Translations under genes and position numbers: made by a program
IMG/VR virus record: IMGVR_UViG_3300046692_000091
Location: 186,001-250,000 of that record
Direction: 5' to 3' (one strand)
Length of the DNA stretch: 64,000 bases
The notes under the pieces: model-generated
Told to the model about the DNA's origin: nothing
The model's input: only the letters and a program-made list of their open reading frames with translations
Databases searched by the model: none
In this document: positions 17,669 through 23,686 of the stretch, piece by piece
Position numbering within the stretch: the stretch's first letter is position 1
How the letters are laid out: each line of letters starts with the position of its first letter

Positions 17669-18343
17669 TTATTCGTGCGTAGTAGACAGCTCAGAGATAA
17701 TGCAGATCGAACCATCTTCAACCGGAGTGGTATCGGAGTAATCAACCTGATTGTAAACACCACCATGGAACTGGAAGGTTTCATATTTCCACGAACTATC
17801 TAGCTTCAGCACTGGGCAGACTGACTTACGACCTTGGCAAAGCACTGACGCCGATACGGAACCAGCAGCTGTGACATGTAAGCTAATCTTGAATGGTACA
17901 CCCAATGGAACGTCTTCTATTAGTGTAAAGTTGTTTATTAGTGCGTCATCGAAGTTAGCTCGGAAACCAGCTGTGATCTTCCCTTTATTCCAGAAGACTT
18001 TCAGTGGCGGAGTTGTAGCATCTTTGACATGGACTTGTGCAATTACCACTTTCTTAGCCGAGTTGACTTTAGTAACAGTCATCTCTTGGCGAGACCAGTG
18101 ATGTGCTGCGCTAGTAAGAGACCAATAAGCTGGTTCTTTCCATTCACAGCGTGTGCGATGTGTACTTTTGCTGGACGCCCCTAATGTGGGCGCAGAGAGT
18201 TGAATAGAACCGTCTTCCAATTGACTGACCACTTCTGGACATCTTACCAAGGCTTCCGAACCGAGGAGCTCCAATGCAACCGGATTCTCATCAGAGACCG
18301 GTAATGGAGTAGCAATCAAATAGTTACTGATATCAACGAACAT
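17669..18343 (-). CDS. polysaccharide lyase family 7 (alginate lyase-like)
   Basis: RTRCEWKE (RxExR-like), IAQVH (QIH-like) and FHGGVYNQ (YFKAGxYxQ-like) in the PL7 order. Confidence 0.85.
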   Translation of the reverse strand: MFVDISNYLIATPLPVSDENPVALELLGSEALVRCPEVVSQLEDGSIQLSAPTLGASSKSTHRTRCEWKEPAYWSLTSAAHHWSRQEMTVTKVNSAKKVVIAQVHVKDATTPPLKVFWNKGKITAGFRANFDDALINNFTLIEDVPLGVPFKISLHVTAAGSVSASVLCQGRKSVCPVLKLDSSWKYETFQFHGGVYNQVDYSDTTPVEDGSICIISELSTTHE

Positions 18344-18361
18344 TTTAACTCTCTTTTGAAA

Positions 18362-18437
18362 TGGCGGGCATCCAGGGAGTCGAACCCCGAACCGACGGAT
18401 TTGGAATCCGTTACTCTGCCAATTGAGCTAGACACCC
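18362..18437 (-). tRNA. tRNA-Trp(CCA)
   Basis: ACGGA-TTCCAAA-TCCGT anticodon arm; G73; CCA. Confidence 0.93.
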
Positions 18438-18444
18438 GAATGAA

Positions 18445-18528
18445 GAAAGGGAACAGGAATCGAACCTGCGTTTCCGGCTTGGTACTTATGGTGGCCACCG
18501 GTGTCCTAGGCCGCTAGACGACCCCTCT
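18445..18528 (-). ncRNA. tRNA-like RNA (Glu-type body) with 18-nt anticodon loop
   Basis: AGAGGGG-TC-GTCT-AGCGGCCT-AGGAC-A-CCGGT-[18 nt]-GCCGG-AAAC-GCAGG-TTCGATT-CCTGT-TCCCTTT-C; no CCA. Confidence 0.7.
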
Positions 18529-18646
18529 CACAAACTTGGTCGGGTTTTTGTTAAACCAGGCTAACCGATATCCCTGGTCCCTATCGAGTAAGCTCTAGGG
18601 GAGTCTTACTCTTACGCTCGTTTGGAGACTTAACGACAGTCTCTCG

Positions 18647-18668
18647 TATACTATTACACTGCCAGTAT
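18647..18668 (-). promoter_or_regulatory. putative ncRNA-associated promoter motif
   Basis: ATACT-ggcagt-GTAATAGTATA. Confidence 0.7.
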
Positions 18669-18675
18669 TTTGTTA

Positions 18676-19395
18676 TTACAACTCTAGTGGGCCAGGAGTA
18701 TAGTTACGTGTATATCTAGCGAAGTTACTAAGTCGAACTCTACCGTGATGCCCAGGAACAGCACGTACCGAACTACCGTTCGAATCACCAAATATAAGCG
18801 AGGTGATATTGATCAGTGCTGTTGGTGTAATCGTTTGCATAATGTAGGTTCCATTAGCTGCACCCTTAGCCAATGGGAGTCTCTGTCCATTACGGTAAAT
18901 AAAGATCTGACCATTCTTACATACAAATGCCCATCTACTCAAATTACTAACTAAGGCAGCTTTAGTGAATTGGGTATTATAACAATCGGCTGGTGCAGAG
19001 GCTGTGTTATCCCCCAAATGGAGTCTGTCTAAGAAACCAGAGTCACCATACCTGAAGAATAGTCCACGGCCAGCTGTTGAACTAGTCATTGAAAATTCAA
19101 GGGCATAGGCAGTAGGGGCGGTGTCGTTTATAGATGACCATTCTAATGTCCAGTTTATTGCACTTAAGTTGAGAGGGGCTGCAAATGTCATCACCTGTTT
19201 AGCTGCAACCGTTGGGTATTGCATACTGCCTTGCCCATCGATTAAATACCCAGCGTCAGCTATTGCTCCACCGGTATTGTTGGTGACGGTACCTAACCCA
19301 GATAGATCGGTGGCGGTAACTGGATCATACAAGAATAACACATCCCCTGTGTCCTCCACTGGTAAACTACCCCCAGCTAATAATGCCTCATACAT
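18676..19395 (-). CDS. LamG/concanavalin A-like lectin-fold protein, probably virion-associated
   Basis: LNLSAINWTLEW and GRVRLSNFARYTRNYTP; paralog of 15898..16629. Confidence 0.7.
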   Translation of the reverse strand: MYEALLAGGSLPVEDTGDVLFLYDPVTATDLSGLGTVTNNTGGAIADAGYLIDGQGSMQYPTVAAKQVMTFAAPLNLSAINWTLEWSSINDTAPTAYALEFSMTSSTAGRGLFFRYGDSGFLDRLHLGDNTASAPADCYNTQFTKAALVSNLSRWAFVCKNGQIFIYRNGQRLPLAKGAANGTYIMQTITPTALINITSLIFGDSNGSSVRAVPGHHGRVRLSNFARYTRNYTPGPLEL

Positions 19396-19434
19396 GACGG
19401 TGTGTCCTTTGGTTTATCAATTCAAACTATTGGG

Positions 19435-19460
19435 CGACATAAGAGTAGCCGAAGCTACTC
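19435..19460 (-). terminator. hairpin terminator-like element
   Basis: Minus strand GAGTAGC-TTCG-GCTACTC-TTATGTCG. Confidence 0.75.
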
Positions 19461-19653
19461 ATCCATAAAGAGTTCCCCAGTTAACAACTTTATTCAGTTG
19501 TTCTTGAGTAGGGATTTTATCTCTGACTCGTTGCTCGCATTCTTTATCGAATTGTTCCATTCTGATACGTGCTTCTTTGAGCCTTTCTTTTTGTTCATCT
19601 GTCAGTGGTTCTAATGCGTTACGTGAGAGTGCTATTAAAGTAGCCAGGCTCAT
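19459..19653 (-). CDS. microprotein paralog 5 (64 aa)
   Basis: ATGA-coupled; MSLATLI...PTQEQLNKVV. Confidence 0.75.
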   Translation of the reverse strand: MSLATLIALSRNALEPLTDEQKERLKEARIRMEQFDKECEQRVRDKIPTQEQLNKVVNWGTLYG

Positions 19654-19832
19654 ATCGTGATCAGCCTATTCAAGAGTTCTTGTGAAGGAGCCGTACGCGC
19701 GTGGCGCTCGTCAATCTCTTTGTTATATCCCCGCATTCTTTCATAGAACGCTATATTCCTTTTCTCACGCTCTTCGGCAGATATTGGTTCAGCTCTTTTA
19801 TTAGCCAGATCTATTAAAGCTTTCAGGCTCAT
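19650..19832 (-). CDS. microprotein paralog 4 (60 aa)
   Basis: ATGA-coupled; MSLKALI...PSQELLNRLITI. Confidence 0.75.
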   Translation of the reverse strand: MSLKALIDLANKRAEPISAEEREKRNIAFYERMRGYNKEIDERHARTAPSQELLNRLITI

Positions 19833-19996
19833 AATGAGATTACTCTGTTTAAGAGTTCTTCTGTAACTACTGAGGCTTTCCATTCCTTGGATAACCGGAT
19901 GTTAGTCTGTCTCATTCTTTCTTGGGCAACGGAAAGGCTTTCTTCATGTGTACCATTGCGCGTACGAGCATCTTCGATGAGTTGTTCAAGTGTCAT
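19829..19996 (-). CDS. microprotein paralog 3 (55 aa; not in ORF track)
   Basis: MTLEQLIEDARTRNGTHEESLSVAQERMRQTNIRLSKEWKASVVTEELLNRVISL; ATGA-coupled on both sides. Confidence 0.75.
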   Translation of the reverse strand: MTLEQLIEDARTRNGTHEESLSVAQERMRQTNIRLSKEWKASVVTEELLNRVISL

Positions 19997-20160
19997 AACG
20001 TACATCTCTTAGCTAAAAGTTCAGGGGTAACTTTCTGCTTCTCGAAGTCTTCAGCACACCGCTTATTAAAAGCAGCCGAACGTTTAGCATGGGCTGCCAT
20101 GCGTTCTTCTTTAGTGCCCATGCTATCTCTTACAGCTTTACACAGTGCCTCTAGACTCAT
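19993..20160 (-). CDS. microprotein paralog 2 (55 aa; not in ORF track)
   Basis: MSLEALCKAVRDSMGTKEERMAAHAKRSAAFNKRCAEDFEKQKVTPELLAKRCTL; ATGA-coupled. Confidence 0.75.
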   Translation of the reverse strand: MSLEALCKAVRDSMGTKEERMAAHAKRSAAFNKRCAEDFEKQKVTPELLAKRCTL

Positions 20161-20342
20161 AACGTACACCTTTTGTTCAAGATCTCAGGAGTCATTTGTT
20201 GATTTTTCAACTGTTGCTCCAGCCTCTGGTCCAGTTCAGACATATATTTCTTTTGATACTCTTGAAACTCTACCTGTGTCATACCCATAGCCGATGCAAT
20301 CCGATCTGCCATTCGTTCAATTAATCCCGGTGTCATTGCCAT
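20157..20342 (-). CDS. microprotein paralog 1 (61 aa)
   Basis: Ends MTPEILNKRCTL; TAATG-coupled to the upstream gene. Confidence 0.75.
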   Translation of the reverse strand: MAMTPGLIERMADRIASAMGMTQVEFQEYQKKYMSELDQRLEQQLKNQQMTPEILNKRCTL

Positions 20343-20605
20343 TAATCCACCTGTATCTGTACATAGACTCTTGTCACACCATGCACGAAGTCATAGTTGC
20401 TTACGTACTGTGCTTCATTCAAAGGCTTAGCACTGATCCATACTTGGATGATATCCTGTCCACACTTACGTAGGATCTTAGATACACGGTTCTGGATACG
20501 TCTACGACCTACTGCAGATATCTTAGGGAACTCACGCTTTAACATGAGTACCATGCGTTCATGGCATTCTTTGCCACGCTGTACTTCTGATGGGGTTCTA
20601 TGCAT
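20342..20605 (-). CDS. small basic hypothetical protein
   Basis: Likely ATG 20605 (TAATG overlap); track ORF 20342..20650. Confidence 0.65.
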   Translation of the reverse strand: MHRTPSEVQRGKECHERMVLMLKREFPKISAVGRRRIQNRVSKILRKCGQDIIQVWISAKPLNEAQYVSNYDFVHGVTRVYVQIQVD

Positions 20606-20859
20606 TAGTGCATCACCATTGAACCTTCGAGATGGCAAGCGCAACGACACAGTTGTGTTTCTGTATCGCCATCAACCACAATCAACAGACTAGGATAGAA
20701 TTGACGTTTAGCAAAAACTAGCTTACCCCATTCTGATTCTGTATCATCTCGTTCAATAGCTACAGCCGTTTCACTAAAGTTCTTTTTTAGGAAAGCTTCA
20801 CTCAGTGTGTGATCTTTATTGAGGTATTGACGTTCACTTCTTGCGCAACAAGGTACCAT
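20605..20859 (-). CDS. hypothetical protein
   Basis: SD AGAGGA; ATG 20859. Confidence 0.6.
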   Translation of the reverse strand: MVPCCARSERQYLNKDHTLSEAFLKKNFSETAVAIERDDTESEWGKLVFAKRQFYPSLLIVVDGDTETQLCRCACHLEGSMVMH

Positions 20860-20883
20860 TGGATATTCCTCTTTTGGATTAGA

Positions 20884-20916
20884 CAGCATAAAGGAGATCC
20901 GAAGATCTCCTTTATT
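20884..20916 (-). terminator. hairpin terminator after tRNA operon
   Basis: AAAGGAGATC-CGAA-GATCTCCTTT on + strand; minus strand reads TTCG loop then TTTATGCTG. Confidence 0.8.
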
Positions 20917-20920
20917 GAAT

Positions 20921-20996
20921 TGGCTCCGAGACTAGGATTCGAACCTAGGACCAACGCATTAACAGTGCGCGGCTCTACCAACTGAGCTATCTCGAA
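20921..20996 (-). tRNA. tRNA-Asn(GTT)
   Basis: GCGCA-CTGTTAA-TGCGT; G73; CCA. Confidence 0.93.
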
Positions 20997-20997
20997 A

Positions 20998-21074
20998 TGG
21001 CTCCATGACCTGGACTCGAACCAGGGACACCTTGATTAACAGTCAAGTGCTACTACCAACTGAGCTATCATGGA
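20998..21074 (-). tRNA. tRNA-Asn(GTT)
   Basis: CTTGA-CTGTTAA-TCAAG; G73; CCA. Confidence 0.93.
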
Positions 21075-21231
21075 ATGTACTGGGATGCCGGGCTTTACCG
21101 GATGATCGTTTTATCTAGACTCCCTCTCATGTCTAGCGATGCTTGTATCCCCAAGGATAGCCTAGGCTTGCAGCGAGCTAACGGTTACCCGTTTGGTGCA
21201 AGAGCTGATCTAGTCTACCGATGGAAATTCT

Positions 21232-21315
21232 TTATCTATCAGCGGGTCTTGAAGCCGCACACGGTCGATGGTATTTAGCCAACGATTGTCCTACCGATTG
21301 GACGATGATAGATAA
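21232..21315 (-). ncRNA. degenerate tRNA-like RNA with extended anticodon arm
   Basis: TTATCTATCA/TGATAGATAA closing stem; D-arm GTCC-AATCGGTA-GGAC; 7-bp arm TCGTTGG/CCATCGA; T-like arm GCGG-CTTCAAGAC-CCGC. Confidence 0.55.
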
Positions 21316-21439
21316 TGAAACGTTTACCTAGACAGTTCCCTAATAACTGATTACCCTGCGCGTCAGGTCGTTCGTTTATTAGGTAGGCGTGTATGCGACG
21401 CCTCGTTTTAGTTCTGCTCCTAAGAGCCTTCTGTCTAGC

Positions 21440-21519
21440 ACGCCCCTACCGGATTTGAACCGATGACCGATCAACGTATGGTTACCGTCGATTGCTCTAC
21501 CTAGCTGAGCTAAGGGGCG
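21440..21519 (-). ncRNA. tRNA-like RNA (Ile2/Met-type body) with 7-bp anticodon stem and 9-nt loop
   Basis: CGCCCCT-TA-GCTC-AGCTAGGTA-GAGC-A-ATCGACG-GTAACCATA-CGTTGAT-CGGTC-ATCGG-TTCAAAT-CCGGT-AGGGGCG-T; no CCA. Confidence 0.75.
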
Positions 21520-21523
21520 ACAA

Positions 21524-21608
21524 TGGTGGGTGCAGAAGGATTCGAACCTTCGAAGTCAGCGACGGGAGATTTACAATCTCCTGGGTTTGGCCACTCCCCA
21601 ACACACCC
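21524..21608 (-). tRNA. tRNA-Tyr(GTA)
   Basis: GGAGA-TTGTAAA-TCTCC; long variable arm; CCA. Confidence 0.93.
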
Positions 21609-21853
21609 GTATCAGCAGCAGCCGGTCCACCCGGTCATGAGGTTTTAACTCTTCTGTGCTGATAGTAAAACATTTGAAATTAGCTATGGAGAAAGGCGAC
21701 TCGTTTTATCTCCTGACTTGTACCCATGCACCCATTATTGATCCACTGGGCGACTCCTTTAGTGTGGATCGGGCTGTACCTTACCGTCGTTGTAAGCTAA
21801 TTTCAAAACTAACGAGGCAGTAGAAGTCCGAAGGACCAATACCACCTCTAAGA

Positions 21854-21930
21854 TGGCGCAACCAGCGGGACTCGAACCCGCGACCTCTTGCGTGACAGGC
21901 AAGCATTCTAACCAACTGAACTATGGCTGC
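21854..21930 (-). tRNA. tRNA-Asp(GTC)
   Basis: CTTGC-CTGTCAC-GCAAG; G73; CCA. Confidence 0.95.
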
Positions 21931-21933
21931 AAT

Positions 21934-22026
21934 AAACTAGTCGCGCTTTAACCCGCGTAAGCTAATAGCCCTGTTATGGCGGGCCGTCCAAATCAAGGGA
22001 GTTGAACCCGAGTTCTCGACTAGTTT
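21934..22026 (-). ncRNA. four-way-junction RNA with T-like and D-like arms in permuted order
   Basis: 10-bp closing stem AAACTAGTCG/CGACTAGTTT; arms GGG-TTCAACT-CCC, GCCC-9nt-GGGC, CGC-GGGTTAAA-GCG. Confidence 0.55.
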
Positions 22027-22033
22027 AAAAAAA

Positions 22034-22111
22034 TGGGGTGAGCTACGGGTCTCGAACCCGTGACCTCCAGGGTCACATCCTGGCACTCTAACCAACTGAG
22101 CTAAGCCCAAC
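22034..22111 (-). tRNA. tRNA-His(GTG)
   Basis: CCAGG-ATGTGAC-CCTGG; G-1:C73; CCA; atypical A32 and U1.C72. Confidence 0.85.
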
Positions 22112-22175
22112 ACTAAACACTGAGACCAATTGTCTTCCGATGCAATCAAGCTTCGTACTACGCCAATCAGTCTCG

Positions 22176-22197
22176 TATACTATTACACAACAAGTAT
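22176..22197 (-). promoter_or_regulatory. putative ncRNA-associated promoter motif
   Basis: ATACT-tgttgt-GTAATAGTATA upstream of the His-Asp-Tyr-Asn-Asn operon. Confidence 0.7.
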
Positions 22198-22283
22198 TAT
22201 TTTACTTTTGGGCAAAGACAACTGTGATTGGGCTGCACTGTTGCGCTGACCCAACCACATATAGTTGTATATAAATCAATTAC

Positions 22284-22766
22284 TTAGTCGAAGAACTTAC
22301 CGGTATGGATATCGTAATGTGACTCAGCAATCCATTTCCAATCAGGCCAACGTTCACGGAAGGCTGCACGAGCTACTACCATCTCTTCTGGAGTCAGTAC
22401 GATGTCATGTTGGATATCTTTGTTCCATGGGAGCTGACTGAATCTACCGGACGATTTGTGGTAGAATAGATATTCCCCACTATCAACAGGCATTGCTACG
22501 GTATTGTTAGGACCCGGCTTAACTGGCTTCTCTACCTTCGGTTTCGGTTTGCCACCCGGTACCTCCACCAACATGAAGACTGTTTGTTTTCGAACGTACG
22601 GCGTGTTGGAAATGAAGTCACTTAGGTTTGGTATGAATCCTGAGCCCGAGAGGCCGTCCAGTTCACTGCTGCTGCAAGCTGAGGTAAGTCCTCGAAGATT
22701 AACGCGTTGTACTTGGACAGCAATTTCTTGATCTGTGCGTTCGACTTGAGTTGATGCTCGTTCCAT
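22284..22766 (-). CDS. hypothetical protein with tail-tube-like N-terminal fragment (start uncertain)
   Basis: Open frame; the 5' part overlaps the upstream gene by about 145 nt. Confidence 0.55.
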   Translation of the reverse strand: MERASTQVERTDQEIAVQVQRVNLRGLTSACSSSELDGLSGSGFIPNLSDFISNTPYVRKQTVFMLVEVPGGKPKPKVEKPVKPGPNNTVAMPVDSGEYLFYHKSSGRFSQLPWNKDIQHDIVLTPEEMVVARAAFRERWPDWKWIAESHYDIHTGKFFD

Positions 22767-23041
22767 GTAAATCCCTCTACTTCCATAAACATGACAAACA
22801 AAGGCTTTTCGGATTCGATAGCCAGTTCTGTAAGTTCTGCTACCGAATACATCCCGATAGCAGCAGGTGTAATAACGAAGACGTTAGCTGAAGCTTCTTC
22901 TTTAGCTCGATCTTCACGAGCCGCATCTTCTGGTTTCCAGTCTGCAACTACTGGATTGAAGTAAGGGACAGTCAGCAAAGGAATCAATTGACTCCGATAG
23001 TCAGGACCAGCGCAGGTACCACCTAGAAATACTTCACTCAT
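22622..23041 (-). CDS. nucleoside 2-deoxyribosyltransferase-like protein
   Basis: VFLGGTC...YFNPVVADW...VITP..IGMYSVAE pattern of the NDT-like family. Confidence 0.7.
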   Translation of the reverse strand: MSEVFLGGTCAGPDYRSQLIPLLTVPYFNPVVADWKPEDAAREDRAKEEASANVFVITPAAIGMYSVAELTELAIESEKPLFVMFMEVEGFTWNEHQLKSNAQIKKLLSKYNALIFEDLPQLAAAVNWTASRAQDSYQT

Positions 23042-23161
23042 CGCTTAGTCACTCGAAAGCCTTTAGCCCATAAATCGACTCGGAAGAAACCACGGTGCTT
23101 ATTAAGGCCACCGCCTACTCGAATCATTTCATTGCCGGCTTCATTGGTTAGGGGGAAGACT

Positions 23162-23677
23162 TCAAGATGTTCGTTGAAGAGATCCCGGATTGGATTGATT
23201 AATAGGTCCACGTTCTAGCTCCGCTTTCTTTGGTTTGACAACCGGTTTAGTCGGTCGTTTAAAGACACGGTAAGCATCGACACCAACTTGGATAACATTA
23301 CGTCTCCAAGCAGCGACTTCCAGAACGCGCATCGCTTCGTATAGAATGCGATCAATTTCTGCTCTGTCGATCTTTACCTGTGTAGGTACACCATTGATGA
23401 CCTGGGTAATTTCGTATCGTTCGCAGAGGAAGTCGTGTAACGTAGTAGCCTGAGAGTATTCCCCTAGCACTGGAATCAGTAGTTGGAATAGGAATGGAAC
23501 AGAAGCACCATCCGTCAGAAAGCCAGTAGGGATATCGACGTACTTATCGGAATCTTCATGTCCGATGTAATAACGAAAACCAGGAACAGCACGGTAATAG
23601 GGCTTACCTAAGATACGGCTGGCTTCTGGATCGAATGTTAATTGTTCTTTCGCTGTGAATCGAGTAAATGTACTCAT
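23162..23677 (-). CDS. DUF1353 family phage protein
   Basis: PTGFLTDGASVP...ATTLHDFLC...DRILYEAM. Confidence 0.85.
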   Translation of the reverse strand: MSTFTRFTAKEQLTFDPEASRILGKPYYRAVPGFRYYIGHEDSDKYVDIPTGFLTDGASVPFLFQLLIPVLGEYSQATTLHDFLCERYEITQVINGVPTQVKIDRAEIDRILYEAMRVLEVAAWRRNVIQVGVDAYRVFKRPTKPVVKPKKAELERGPINQSNPGSLQRTS

Positions 23678-23686
23678 TGTAATTCC

